Source: the human T2T-CHM13v2.0 reference genome, Homo sapiens. Taken from it: DNA of 64,000 bases. The notes under the pieces are model-generated. The model was not told the DNA's origin. It searched no databases and saw only the letters and a program-made list of their open reading frames with translations. The stretch lies in NCBI RefSeq assembly GCF_009914755.1, contig NC_060935.1. One strand, 5' to 3'. A program made the translations under genes and the position numbers. Shown piece after piece: positions 14,121-29,877 of this stretch; positions within the stretch are counted from its first letter, which is position 1; each line of letters starts with the position of its first letter.

Positions 14121-15606
14121 GAGAGAAAGAAGGGGTCAGTCCATCATCACTCTCCCAGCCAAAGTTAAAATAGTGGAACCCTAGAACAACAAAGCAGGAA
14201 ACACCGTTGGGAATGCTCCTCACTAACCTTTCCCCTCACTGCTATTCTACCTTCTCCCTCTGTTATTTAAGGGGAAAAAAATGAGTGTTTGCATGTGCAC
14301 GTGTGTGTAGTTTTCATTGGTAATGGTTGACGAAATTGGCGTTAAATTGTAGTTCAAAGATTTGTCTTTGATAGATGGCATTCTCTATCTGAAATCAGAA
14401 ATCAGCTATATGGCTTCAAGGAAACATATTATCTTATAACCCCTGAATGTCAATATATAATTCTAGGTGACTGGATCAATGATGCCTGGTGAGTCTTGAA
14501 AGTTTTGCCATGGGCTGGCAAACAAAGATTGGTCCTAAAGTGTGGGGGAAAAGGGGAGAGGAGAAGAGATGGACTCACACTCAGCTGGAAAAAATCTTGG
14601 ACACCCTTTTTTGAGCTTATTGGTTGTCAATCTACTGATTCAGGAAACACTTTTCACCTATTTGGCCATTAATACAGCACAAACAACACACAGAGGAGAA
14701 TGCATTTCTATCTAATAGAGCAACAGATGCCAGGAGCTGCCCAGCACTCATCCATGCCCAACTTCCTCACTCCAACAAATTGTAAAATCATAATAAAAAA
14801 ATCTAAATAACAACAGCAGCAGCTAAATTATTTCTCCATCTCAATTGATTTAGATGGAATGTCATCTTGACAGATCTATTCTGATCGAGTTGTCTAATTG
14901 AATAGAGTTCTCATTGCTCTTGAATTTGTGACCTCAGACTGCTGTGAAATAAATGCAATTTGGAGAATTGTTTCCAAACAACAACTGCTACTCCTCTGGG
15001 AACTGACTATTGCTTCTAGTTTTTGAAATTGTTGGTGAACCACCTACTGACTAAGCTATTAAGACTAGGTGTTTTGTTTAGATTCCAGGCTAATGGTTCT
15101 ATAAATTCAAAAGCAAGAAATATCGCAGAAGCCTGCAGATGGCCGTGCACTTAAGAGGAGACACCCAAGAGGCTGCTGGCCAGGCTCCTCAGATCCTGAC
15201 CTAGTTAGCAGCCCGCACCCTGGGCAGTCTGAGTGGTGGTAATTAGAGCTGTGTGTGGAAAAACCTGCCTAATGAAACTGCTTCAGAGGTCGTGAGTTTG
15301 TTTGAATTGGGATTTTTCTCTGGACCTAAAACTAAGACTGAGCTTGCCTCAATGTTCAACAATAAAACGAAATGTTTCAGAGACCCCACAGAGTTGCAGT
15401 TGCATTCAGAACCCAGTGTACATGCTCAGTGACACTGGGATCCCTTAAGAACTTCAGCTACTTCTTGGACATGCATTTATTTCACCGTAGTGCTAAACAC
15501 TAAGAAGTCCAAATGGACCATCTCCTTCAGTTTACACAACACTACTGTGGAGGTACTGACAATTACATACCCATTTTATAATTAATGAGGCTCAGCTGTG
15601 TTATAG

Positions 15607-15972
<366 letters not shown>

Positions 15973-16149
15973 TGGAAAGCAGTTCTGACTCCAGAGCCCA
16001 AATTTCACCACCATGCTAGGTAGATAGTTCCCAAAGATGGAAGGCTGAAAATACATGGGACATATTGACCTTCATGATGCAAAATTAAGAGACCAATTTC
16101 ACTTTAGGAACACCCAATAGTGGCAGGATAATCTAGTCACATAAAAAAA

Positions 16150-16350
16150 AAAAGTGAGCCCTTGAGTCAAATTGCCCTTCCATAAATCCTAGTTCCAGCA
16201 TTTTCTTCCAGTATAAGCTTAGATAAGTTATCAAATGTTTCTACGCCTCTGTATAATGGGAATAATACCATTGTTTTGAGAATTAAACAAACTAATATGT
16301 GTAAAAGCAGAAGTCATTGCCTGGTATATAGCCAATGTTCAATAAATGGG
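16150..16350 (+). mobile_element. MIR
   Basis: aaatcctagttccagc...tgtataatgggaataatacc...gagaattaaa...gttcaataaatg. Confidence 0.6.
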
Positions 16351-17802
16351 AACTATAATTTAATTAATGATGCATGTCTTAGCATTCATAGTCTTCAACC
16401 ACTCCTCAAATGCACAGATTTTCTAAACTACAAGGAATGTTTCAGAATGTGAGCATGAAGCCTCTCTACTTTGGAAGGGTTTTTTGAAATGCAGCCTAAA
16501 ATGTGACTTTTATACACCATGGTTCTCTTCTTTCTTCTCTTTGCTGCCTTTCGACATTCTCTTTCCCTCTGCCCCTACTAGAATGGGGGCACCTTTCATC
16601 GATGCATTAATCCATGGCTAAAACATGACTCATCGTAGAAATGCAAAGGAATATTCTGTCTGTGTAGCAGGCAAGGACCCATGGGGCAGGTTCTCATCAG
16701 AATGCTTTACAATAATATCAATCAGTATTAAAAATGTATGTTCTACTCAATTTTTAAAACATCTTAAATAAATCTTTAAATAAAGCTATTTTGTTTTATC
16801 TTTAGGGCCTATGAACAGTCAGCCCTGAGGGGCCCTTGCTTCCCTAAGAACCGCCCTTTCTAGAAAAGCCTCCCTCAGTGTGTGGTTTTCTGGGGGATCT
16901 CTGTGCTGGGGGAGTCAAGTCTTTTTGGTAATATTAATTTTAGATTGTGTAGGCACCATATTAACAGGGGAAATGAATACTATTCCATTAGGGTCGTTTA
17001 CCATTCAGAATTTCTTCACAGGAAGCAGCTAGTTAATCCTTGCCCTTGAGGAACACACACTGTACTCTTCTCCTAATACCATTGAAAATGTCAGCGAGTG
17101 TACAGGAAAGGAAAAGAGGGTACTGCCCTTGTTACGGGGCTGGAAAAACTCAGGAGAAGCTGAAAATGGAAGTAGATATTTCCAGAAAGGAACAGGCTGC
17201 CTCTTTTATAAACAACTTTGGGCTGGCAAAGGTTGCTGGCCTCTGTATCCCCACCAGTGTTTCCTTGGTTGAAACCCAAATCCCTTTAGCAACCAGAGTG
17301 AGGCTGGTTGGGTTTCATGTAATAGAGGGTAGTGGGGATTGAAGCAAAATGCAGAATGCATATGGTAAAAGACATCCATGTTTATTTAGTCAACAAAAAT
17401 ATCGACAGCTCTCTACCTGACAAGGCAAATATGCTGGCTTCCTGGATCTGACAATCATCCCCTATCCTGACCATGAAAATCTGCCCAGAGTCTCCTACTA
17501 ACCAGATTTTCCTGCTTACAATTCACAGCCCTCTAACATATCGTAAGAATTGCCATCCATTTTTACTTCAAAAATTGTTTTCTATCTACGTCACTGACTC
17601 CCAACAGGGGGCCGCAGCTCCTTTTGCAATATGAACCCTCCACATTTTCTCAATCCATCCTTCTAACACTCTAACGGTAAAAGCTGTTTTACGTTCCCTG
17701 GTCTTTCCATGGGGGTTCATGCCTGTATGCATTTCCTTATGCTGTTACCTTTTCCAGGAATGCTTTTCCTCCTCCATTTGTCCTTTGTCTGCTTCAAGAA
17801 AT

Positions 17803-18105
<303 letters not shown>

Positions 18106-21100
18106 TCAACTTCATGTAAATGTGACTCCATCAACATGATCTCTTCAAATGACCTTTACCCTGACTGCTCTCTAAGTCCAGTAGAATAAACCATTTGCTC
18201 ATCGATGCTCCAAATGCTCACTGCACGTTGCTCTGTTACAGCACCAGCACGCTATGGTCGAGTTAGTAGTTTACACGGTTTCCTTCCCCACTGAACTGTG
18301 ACATCTGTGCATGTGGAGGCCTGGTTTAATGTGCCTTAGTTATCTCACAGCTGGCAAATCTGCTGACCCATGGTAGGTCTGAGAGATGTAGAATGAGTCA
18401 ATGAAAAAAAAATTGACTAAATGAGTTCCAAAACATATTGTGTCCCAAAGCTGTTTGGTAATTTTGCTCCCTGAAATCATTTGTAGTCAGGGATTTCTAA
18501 AAAGAAGTTGATGGTCACCATGACCAATAGTCATGTTATACCTCTAGGAGACAACAAAACACAGGAGCACAAGCGAGAGGACTTTCAGCAACAGCACAAA
18601 CTCCTGCCCATCAAATACGGCCTGACTAATAACAGGAAGACTGACAGGAGCATGACAAATGATGTTACAGAAAGAAAAGTGAAAGACATTAGTCCCCTCC
18701 CCCAAAGAAACATAAGGTCTCTCTCTCTCACACACACACATATATGCACACACGTGCACACATAGGTACACACACAAACTTGAGGTCAGAAGACCCACAT
18801 TTAGATTCCCCCTACAATTAATTAGCTGTTTAACTCTGAGCAGTCACTCAATTTCTCTGGGTCCCTATAAACACATTATTTTCCAAAACAGAAAAACCTA
18901 GTGTATATGAATTCCAAGTTTTGTGCTTACTTGAAAAGTCTAAGCTTCCAAGCCCTCTCCCTGGGTCTTCCCACTAGCCTTCTAGATACTTCCACAGGCA
19001 CTCCCTTGTGCAATTCAGGCTAAGTGGTCTAAGGAGTCTAGGAGACTTGGACAACAGTGTGGTCACCACCCCCGGATTGACCACAGCGCCACCAGTTCTC
19101 ACCAGACAGTTTCATCTTATTTATTGTAAACACAAAGATAAGGTGCTGCTTGGTTAGAAAGACATAGCGCATTGATTTGTACATGCCATAAATTGGCCCT
19201 GCCTTTGCACTTTCACGTTAATAAGTGATGATAGAGGAGCCTCAGACAGGAGTCTACTTGGGCTTTCTAAACATCACATTTGGTGGTCACAGGTAAGGAT
19301 ACTCAGCCTTCAGACCTGCAGGATTGAGGCTTGCAGTGGACTGTGGGCACCAGCTTGAGGAATCCCAACCACAGCAGCTCCCTGCACCAGAATCACAGGT
19401 TCCTCAAGCCCTGGCAAACCCCGGAAGAGCGTCGCTCAGGGGTCGCTGTGCCATCGCTCCTCCTCAGAAGGGCAAGGGTGCCTCAGAGACAGAAGCATCA
19501 GTGCGGGATGCCCACCACCCACACGGCAGAGCTGAAAGCGAGGAGCAGCTTCAGCTGCAGCCCTTGGGAGGTCGTCTCCCTTGGCCACCCAAGTGAACAG
19601 TCTCCTGCAGGGCTGTCTATCTGAGTGGGACATTTTTCCACTTCTCACACATCCACACTTTAAAAAAAAATAACCAGTCTAATGGTATGTTAATAATTCC
19701 AGATGGAACCCCAGACCTCAAGGGCTGAGTGTAACAGAAATTTCATGTAGGTCAAAATACTTGGATGTGTTCTTTGGGTCCAAAAATAGAAGTGGTGTTC
19801 AGGTTGTGCGAACATTCTGAGAGACCATTTCATAGGCATTTCTCAGAAGAGAAACGTGTGAGGCTGGAATGCTTCTGCATGCTGTGTGCCACAGCTTCCT
19901 GGAAGATGGCAGCCCACCCCAACCCAATAGGAGCTTCAAGGCCAGGTGAGATCACCAGCCCTTCTACCGCTGCCATCTGCACTTTGCTAAACAGAACCTG
20001 CAAGAAGAGCCTCCCAACTGACCAGGCTTCAGTCCGTTGTGGAGAGGGAGGGTGACAACACAGGAGGAAATGCTTCACAGGGCATTTCTTCCAACTACCA
20101 GCCTGTCACATCAGTGTCGGCTGATGTCACTCTGAACAGAAAGCTTTGGGGCCCAAGAAATGCCAAGAAAATGGCAGCCAGTGGGCAGGGCAGCCACCGG
20201 CCTCTTCTTGCTAATATATGCAGCGGATGTGGCATTTCTGACAATATTGCTTCTGCCTCACTTGCCATTTAATGTTAAGAGGCTTCTAGAATCTCCTGCA
20301 TTTAAAGAGTAATGACTGTTTTCAGGGTAAATGCTCTGTTAAATAACCCTGGATTATTGTGTCGTGTTATTACATTTATAAAATGGCATTTCAAAAAATA
20401 ATAATTGTTTTAGAGTTAATTGATGTTTTTAACCATCACTGTGTGGAGAATTTTTATTCAGAAGACAGGGAGTGAGCAAGGGAGAAAGAGATTTCCATCG
20501 AGAGAGTCGGTACTGAAAATAGAAACCTTTCCTGCATGTGAAATCCTGGTACAGAAGGCACTCCTCCTCTGAGCACTGCTTTCAATAAGCTCGTTTCACT
20601 GCAATTAAAGCAGCCGCAGGACAAAGGTAAATCTCAGCCGCATTCCCGAATGGAGTCTGCAGGCCTCGGGACTGGCAGTGGTACAGCAGGGCTGGGGGTA
20701 GGAGGGCCTCAGCACATATTCGCCGGCCATTATGCCCCCACAGGGGCAGGCCGGGCCCCAGAGCAGCCTGAAGCAACGGCAGAGACCTGCAGCTCCACAG
20801 AGCAGTGACTTTTCAGATGTGAAGGTAATTACACGGCCGAGAGTCTCAGAATTTCATACCGCAAGAGGCAGAGCTGAATGCAGGGATATTACAGAATAAA
20901 ACTTGGAAATTCCAAAATCTTCACATAGGGAGGATGCAAATGGCGCACAACCCTGAACCGCATCCCAGGTGCGGTGGGGATGATGTCACTCTCTTCCTTC
21001 CTATCTGAATCCTTCTCTCACTCTCCTCAAGCATGTCTAGAGGGCAGTGCCTCCCATTACGTGAGTGACAGATGATCCCTTCATCACCTGGTTTCTTCTT

Positions 21101-24100
21101 ACAAGTATTTCCCTGAAGTAGGAATTGGGTATAATTTTTATGCTAGCTTTAAATATAAATATATGCACACACATAGAAGATAAAGCTCATTTTCATGATG
21201 ATGGAGCTTAACAGACAGCCCAAGTCTTTCCAGTTGCAACTCAATTGCTGTTTCCGCAATATATTCTATCATCCAGAATCTTCTTACAAACCCTCAGGAC
21301 CATTGTGGCTGCATGACAGGAGCCAGAGAATAGCAGAAAGTGAACAAAGACCCCAGGTAATTTGGAGGAAACTAGAAAGATGTTGGAATGCAAGGGTGAA
21401 AAGAATGATGGAGATCATTTAGCACAAATCTCTAATTTATAAGATGCAGAGATTAAAACTGAGAACGTTAAGCAACCTTCCAAGATCATACATCTGGATA
21501 TTAACGCTGCAACAGCAACCCTCATCTTCTGACTCCAGAAATCCTACAATTCACCCCAATTCTCTTCTACCAGTCCTTGCAAAAGTCTGCGTGTAAACAA
21601 TATCCATTTTCTCCCTTACTCTCAACCACCGCCATCAATAATGTGCAGGGTCAACTTTGCGAAGAATTTCAAGAGAATTTTGATATCTCAACAGCTGGAA
21701 ACCAGTCATTTGAGCAACAGATATATGTCCTAGCTTCTTGAACTGCCAAATAACCAGTAGATGAGTCACTAATTCTGTGAACCCAGAATGACCCTGCAAA
21801 CAATCATTCTATGGTGCAGAAAGAGACACGACAGAAGGAAGTTGGAATCTATTACCTCCTAATCAAAGCACACTTGGCAGAATGCCCTGGCTTTTCACAC
21901 ATTCATCAAGACATCCCGAGGAGAGTTTGCCTGATTGTCTCGGGAACTCTCCTAAGAGTAAGTGGACTGACATGTTATGCGAAAGAAAGTCAAACACAGA
22001 GACCAGTGAGCGCCATCTGACAGCAAAGATAGCAAGCCAAGTGACTCTCCAGTCATACAATGTACCATGAGCCTTGGCATCACATGCACTGAGGGGACCC
22101 TTCTCCTCTGTCCTCACACTCCATAGCCTCTTTAGCACAAGGCCACCCAAAGAGTGCAAATATGACTTAAAGACTTCACAGAAAGTGTGCCCCTTTCTCC
22201 ATTTAGTCCAAAAATGATAAAGTTTGTAGTTACAGCTCTGTGTATTTAAATATAAAGAACTCTAATATTTCTAGACTTGTCAGGCAGGTAATTCCAAGAG
22301 TTGGAGCACTCTTTGCTGTCACCCAGGGACACACAGGAGCTTAGATTCAGAATGCACAGAGCTGGAAGTATCAGGTGAGTTATCCCTTTGTTCCTCTTCA
22401 GGACACAGGAAATGGAGGAAGTAGAGGTTAATCATCTTGAAAATTTGGAACTAATTGAGACGCATCAGTGAGATTCTGGGTATTAAGCTCTGGGACCATT
22501 AGAACACTTGGAATCTTCAGCATCCTATACAGCAACTCATGGAATAACATGGACTCTTTCTGACATATAAAAGAAATAAAGTCCTTCAAGACTCCAATAA
22601 AAAAAAAAGACAAATAAATAGCTAAGACTGCAAAGCTCTCAGATATAATATTGAAATTTTGACCTTATCTTTCATAAAGCTTGAAACTGTGATGATAAAA
22701 TATTGTGACAGAAATATTTATATAGTATAGTACGTTGCAAATTCAATAGGTGACCAAGATAGTTTTGAATGATTTTGAAACTGTTATATTAGGACCAATA
22801 TACAACTCAATATATGAGTCACCAGGATACAATAAACCCCTTTCCACCTCTTGGTTATGAGGTCGGGAAGCACAATTAATAATTAACTTCATCATCAACA
22901 CTAACATCAATGTCATTATTATAAAAAAGCATATTTTTTATGAAGCACTTCATGCAACTAGTTAAATAAACATTTGGAAACCTGCAATCTATATACTTAC
23001 AAATGAAATGAAAGGAAAACTCTAAAATGGATTAGAAAAATATCACCAAGACAACCCCTATGACAGCTTTCAACACAATCCTATTTTACTATGCAGACCA
23101 ACAATTCTCAAATTTATCATCTCTTGTATCAACTATTTGGAATACCATCCTAACTGGGGTTGCTTTTTGTTTTTGTCTTTGACTCTCATCTCAGCCCACA
23201 TCGCTCCATATTCCATGTGCTGCTGCTGGAATGACTGGTTAATACATCTTGACTTTGCTCAGAACTTTCAGTGGCTTCCCGTAGGATAAAATCCATGCCA
23301 GATCTTCCATGGGGACTTTGAAAACAACTTAGCAAATTAACAGGCAACTTTTCACCATATATCAAATATATGTCAGGGACTATTTGATGCTTTCGTATTT
23401 ATAATCTTAATTTACCATTAGAATAATCCTTGAGGAGAGGCATTAGTAGAGTTGGAGTTGCCTGGAGAGACAACCTGGAGAATGTTATACACAACCTGGC
23501 AAATATTCTACATATTACCACAATCTCCTATTTTTTCTGTCCTTTCTTTTATTATTTAAAAGTAAGACATAAACAAATCACAGATTGTCATAACTGCATT
23601 GATTGAAATTGATACATGGCAACATTATGAGATTTTATGCATTTGTGCTGGCAAAGTAACTTAAAATCAATGATTTGGAGAGAAATTATTCAGGAAATCT
23701 TAATGACTTATTATGGTAAAAACACTTCTAAGAGCGGATCCATTAATGGAGGACTATTACTGGAAAGTTAAATTTAATATTCAGGAAATCAATTAACTAG
23801 TATTTAATTACTTAAAATTATGATCCATTAGTAAACATTGGTAAAATTTGCTTACAAATATCACTTCTGATTATGAGTCATCGGGAAACAAAATGACTAA
23901 TATTCTACCATCGAAAGCAATTTGATTCACTTCACATTCCCCCTTTCTGTCTTTCTGTGAATGACTATTGTGTAAAGCCAGAGACCATTAGAGCAGAAAG
24001 ATGCACTGAGGCCATCTGACCCCTCCTCATTTCACAAGGCCGACTCTCAGTCCAGTATAGTGCCGTGGGCCTCCAAAGGTTGCACAGCTCAACCCGCACT

Positions 24101-25949
24101 GCCTTGGGACTAGAATCGAAAGCTCTCAGCTTCTAGGGCAGCCCCCTTTCTGACCATGGCTCCTTCTGAAATGACCCACAACTCCAAGAGGGAACCATAG
24201 GGCACATACCCTCATTCTTTTTCTCTTTTTGGAGCTAGTAAAAATCCATATCTGCTTTAGAAAGTCATGGGGCCAAAGTCCTTTCTCTCAGCTCCACAAG
24301 AGAAGGTGGGCTACATAGCACTCTCGACGGACTCCTCCCCTCTCTGCCTCTGCTGCAGCTCACTAGGCATCCTTTCGACTCATTTTCCGGTGTTTTCTGT
24401 GTTGCTATTGGCATAACATCCTATCAGTGCAGTTAATTACATCCACTTGGAGTGTGAAGGACAACTTGATTGTCTCAAAAAGCCAGAGGCCATATAATCC
24501 ATCTCACTGCTCTCACAAAACAAGTTCCCAATTGTCTCTGCTGCGAGGAGGTAAGAGGGACACCCCTGGCAATGTGCTGACACACATTCCCTGCCGCAAA
24601 TGGAGAAGTCACAAAAGAAGTGTCTGTTCCTCTCCCTCTATGGGCAAAGAGAACTGCCTTGTGGCCCTCTGCTCCAGATCCACGACTGAGACTCTTCGAT
24701 ATCTCCACAATGCTTAGTGTCTTCCCAGTACAAGTCAATATCGCTTGATCCATTCTGAACTTGGTAACATTTATATGCAACTGAGTTTGCACATCTAATT
24801 ACACGACCTGGTAATATGGTTCGTCTCTTGTGACCATACATTTTCTGTTCCAATATAATATTTATGGACTCGTTTAGATTTACTACATGTTACCCAATGT
24901 CTTGCTTCTGTATACGGAAAAATAACCAGAAATTAAAATTTGTTGTAGTTATGGCCATGATGTCTTTATCCCTTTGTCCTTAATCCTTGAAATGGAAAGC
25001 AGACTAAGAAACCAGAGTCCCAGCAGAGAGTGAACGGCTGTGCTGGAAGGCGGGCTCTTTACCTGACCTCAGTCACACTGCCCCTCAACAGGGCACCTTG
25101 CAAGACCAGGATGTCGAACTGCCTGTGGTTTGGCTGATTCCTGTACCAACCCATAGCAGCCACTGAGTCATGAACAAAGTTGGGAGACGGGATGGGGATC
25201 CTCCAGGCAGTGTGAAACCAGAGCCCCAAGGAGCTGGCTAAGAAAGTGTTGCAGCAGAATTCCATACGCCATTACACAACACAAGGTCTTTTGTGTGACT
25301 CTCAAGAAGCTCTGTGTGGTCTTTGTGTGAGAGCTCCTGATGCTGCTCCCTGCAGCTGATTTGCTTTATGAGACAAATGCTATAAGTTATATAACCAATC
25401 ACATTGCCCTCCAGGTCTGACAACCTTGCGGCCTGTGCAAGAGCTTTGTTCTTCTCTTTATGTTATTACCCTTATTTTCCTTTTCTTTCTAACAAAAAGT
25501 TTAAAATTACATTAACTCAACATCTATGACCTTCTAGTAATAGAGAAGTATACAGAACATGTGTATCCCATCTTTACCTTGCTGCCTCATTCTCATTCAC
25601 CTCTTCAGGGGCCCTGTTTCTTGCTTGTGTGTAAACCACCAGACCCTATCTCCCCATTTTCAACATTATATATGTGAACGTGTATACACATCTATCTGGG
25701 TTATAAACATGTCATATGTACTGTGGCACAATCTGCTTTTTACCTCCCGGTGAGGCATGCACATTTCTGGCATCCACATGTGCTATGATACCTCATTCTC
25801 ACACCAGCTGCAAGGCATGACATGGGAAGGCTGGCAAGACCTCAGCCTGTGCAACCATTTAGGCAGTTTCCACAGCCTTGCCCAGCCACCACTCCTTCTG
25901 GGATTGGACCATCAGAAGTACATCCCAAGAGTTTTTCTAAATTCCCCCT

Positions 25950-26620
25950 GCAGAGCCTGGGACCAAAAGTCAATCAGCATTCAAATCTCTAATTTGTATA
26001 GATATGGACAATCACCGTCTCCAAAAGACTCACACATTGATAATCTCACCAGCAGTGTGTAAGTGTCACCTTTCCCTACAGTCCTCAGTGACACAAACTG
26101 TTTTTATTCATTTTTGAGAGGTAATTTGTATTTAGTGCTTTAATTTGTATTTCCCTGATAACTCATAAGGTTCAGCATTTTCCCACATATTTATTCACTA
26201 TTTTATTTCAAGTAATTGCTCATTCATATTTTTTGTCTACTTTCTATTGAGTAATTTATCTTTTTTTGGTGGTGATATGTGACTGTTCTTTATATAATCT
26301 AGATATTAATGCTATAAATATTGCTAATCATGTTTTCCCAGTCTACTGCTTATCTTTTCTACAGAGATCTTTCATATTTAATTAGGCCAATCTATCAATA
26401 TATCAGTCTTTTCCTTTATTGCTTTTGGGTTTTTCCTCTTAATTACAAAACATTTCACAACTTCCATAATTTTGTAAGTGTGCATGTATGGGTAAAATTC
26501 TTTATTTTTCTGATGCTGTCAGAAGTTTCATATTTATATTAATATTCAGATCTCGGATCCATCTGCTATTACTTTTTGATTGTAGTATAAAGTGTAGTTT
26601 TACCCATTTCTAATTGATGG
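25950..26620 (-). mobile_element. Ancient L1 (L1ME-like) ORF2 3' fragment
   Basis: caccagcagtgtgtaagtg...ttaatttgtatttccctgataactcataaggttcagcatttt pattern. Confidence 0.65.
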
Positions 26621-28639
26621 TAACATATATATGCATCCTTATAAGCCTCTTTATACTCCTTGGAAATAGGACACTAATTCAAATCAGCTTTACAGTCTCA
26701 TCACACTAAGAGAGACTCCCTCTTGTCAGGCATTTGTGCTGACTCTCCCCACCCATGAGGGCCCCTTTTCTCCATGACTCTGGGGTTCCATGGCCTAGTC
26801 AAGCTGTATCAATGTGAAACATGAAAAACGGAGTCAGTGGCAAGCCTTCTACTGTGGATGCGCTGGCACTCTAGACAGGCATGGACGTCACTGAATTCCC
26901 ATTAGAGTTGTCAAGGTGGAGACAGGTAAGTAAAATTCACAGTTCCTAAGCTTGAACACACAATCTGAATATCCCAGACAGTAAACCTGGAAAGAAAGCA
27001 GAATAAAAGAAGATGCACCATGAGGATATGAAAACTTGCACAGAGTAGTAGTACACGTAGAGCTTTGGCGGCTGAAGGAAGGTGGTAGAATAAAGAGGTA
27101 GAAGTCACCGGAAGAGAAGAGGAAATAGGCTATGTGAGTGTTTAAGTAAAGAGAATGTCATAGAAGACCATCTAAGACTTTGTAGGGGTGTTCGAGTGAG
27201 CAAAGTAGAAAGGGAAGAGTTGAGGCTACCCTCACCCTGCCTCCTCCCTTCACAGAGGGGCTGAGGATCTTACTGCAGTCGGCAGCAGCATGGGGTGCTT
27301 ACCAAGACAGACGACACATTAGACCTTTCTACTAAGTAGGAAATTAAACTTTCACTAAGGCAGCATGAGTCTTCCCCTTCCTATTTTATTGTAAGATATG
27401 AAAGGAGCTTCCCATGAGGTCCCAGAGTTTGTTTTGCAGACACTGGTCCCTGGAGATGAGTCCCCCAGAGCCTAGAGAATGCACCCCTTCCAGTGACCAA
27501 GCCCAAGCTACCATAACTAATCCATCATCTGTGGCTAGCAAGGCTGGCTCCTGAGTGTCAATGTGGAGTTAATTAGACAAATACCGTACGCTCTAGTCCA
27601 ATTGATTATTAAGACACCGTAACGAGGATTTAACATCACGGCTTGTATTGGAAACACTGTATTATAACTTGCCTGCTCACCCTAGAAACTCTGTGGAGTC
27701 ATCAAGGGACAATTAGCATTCAATAGTAGCTATGGCCTTTTTTTATCACTGCTGATTTAATAAGACAGTTATTGTTCTCTATGTTAATTAATATCTATTG
27801 ATTAAAGTTGAAAGCTGGGCATCAGGAATATATGCTCTGGTTCACTCTGGAGTAGTTAGCATGTTTTTCTGCTCAGCCTGACTTGCTACTTCCTCTCTAT
27901 GCTCTGAAAGGGATTCTTTCAGGCCCTGAAGAGATCCCAGACAGATCCAACATTGGCCTAGCAATTAATGGAGCTGGGAGACAGATGCTTCTTCCTGGGA
28001 ATTGGGGAAAGAAGAAAATTAACAGTGTTCTGAGGTACCTCGTTCCCTCCAAAGAAATTCTAAGTCTAGAAGCTGTAGGTTTTCTTGTTGCCATGGTACC
28101 TGGAACTAGATTGGCCAAGGTCACCCTTCCCTGGTGTCTACATGAAGGGCTCACTACTGTACCTGGGGAACGCTCTGATTTCCTTAACATGAAGTAGCAC
28201 AATGGCTTGCTTATCCATCTCTGCCTCTTTGGGCTGGGTTTTCTGCTGTGGTGGTGATTAATGTAATTGGAGGGCCTACTTGGATCATTTCAAACTCCTG
28301 TACTTCTGCCCTGAAATGAAAGAAATGAGACTAGATCCACTGGGTCTTTATACAGAAAACAAGCTTTTAATCTATGGTGCTCCATGATTTCTGGAAGAAA
28401 CTCATCCACTTCTACCTCCATGCTTGTGTGGAGTGGCCACTTTTAAAAAATTGTTTTAATATGTTTTCCTATTTTATGATTAGAGTTAGTTCTATGTCAC
28501 TGGTGTTGGAAATTACCTCACAATAAGGTAAAAGCACAATGTAATCTTTAATTTACTAATTTAATTAAATGAATAAAATATGATTTTTACCTTTATAATG
28601 CGATTTTTAACATTCACGTTTTAAACTGTTTTTGTATCC

Positions 28640-28960
28640 CTTTTTTCTAGTACTATGTTTATTGAGGAATAACATTCATAAAGTGAAGTGCATATAAAGG
28701 GCACTGATCTTAAGACTGCAGCTCAGTGATTTTTCTACACATCTACTCTTGGTTGACCACACCCAGATCAAAATACAGAACATTCCCATCCTGCTGCAAG
28801 TTCTTCTCACGTCCATTTGTAGGTATTGACTCTCAAGCTTCCCTGTACCTCCTGCAGCACCTGTACTGACTTCCATCATCATTAATTTGTTCTGTCCTGT
28901 TCTTGAGCTCCATAAAATTGGAATCATACAGCGTGTGCACTTTACTGTCTGGGAAACATT
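28640..28960 (-). mobile_element. Ancient L1M 3' end
   Basis: tttattgagg...cacccagatcaaaatacagaacattcccatc...tggaatcatacag. Confidence 0.7.
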
Positions 28961-29706
28961 CCTTTTTAAAAGTAAAAATGAGTGTATCAAAAGCAGGGGT
29001 CTTTGATTTTTTTAAGTCAGTTTATCACACTTTATGATATCTCCAATAATTTTTTCTAGTAGGTTTAACTGAAATTTTTCATCTTTCTTAAACTCTTAAG
29101 AACCTTGACATTCTAAGTTATGATTCCCCAATCACCACCAATCTTACCAGAGGACATTTAAGTTACAAAGGCTATAGAGGTGTCTATTTCACATTCTTTT
29201 TCTCAACTTACACGTGCCAACATAAAGCACCAGGGTTGAAAAAAAACATTGTCACTTTTGTCACTATAGCCACCTTATGAAATAGGAAAGCTGGGATTAG
29301 GAAACAATACAATGACATCTTGGACTGACTGTTGTCTTATCTTTGGACACTTGTGTATGACTCAATTAATTATGCTTGGAAAAATTCAGGCCGAATTAAG
29401 CCTAGGAGCTAACTGTGGATAATGGTAAAACATAATAGACAGAACTAGGAAACATGAGATGTGGCAAGATTCAGTACATTCACTGGCAACTGAGAAGACC
29501 ATCAAACCCAGAAATAGGCAACATTTGAGAGTATAAGTAGATAGATAATGAGTTGGGCCTATAGCCTTAAGCCTGGATTTAATCACAAGGTTTTGGTCCT
29601 TGAAAAGAGACTAGCAAGAGAAAGCCAGGGCCTCAGTTTCAGGGAAATTAATTTACTAGGCAGGCGACCAGGACGCAGACCAACAAGGTAAAGGCATGTT
29701 CTAAGA

Positions 29707-29877
29707 CAGTGGTTCTCAGAGAGGGGTCCTTGGACAAGCAGCATCAGCATCACTGGGAAACATGTGAGAAATTCACATGTGCAGACATCCACCCAGACCT
29801 ACTGAGTTGGAAGCTCTGGGTTGAGGCCCGGCAGGGTCCAGATGACCCTGACCCAGGCTGAAGTCTGGGAACTACTG
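29707..29877 (+). mobile_element. MER5A (hAT-Charlie MITE)
   Basis: Terminal inverted repeats cagtggttctca / tgggaactactg. Internal gcagcatcagcatcac and ccagacctactga. Confidence 0.8.

Noticed and set aside
17598-17618. CTCF-like ccaacagggggccgc (also ~15132)
   Set aside because: Two mismatches to the core consensus; not supportable without ChIP data.
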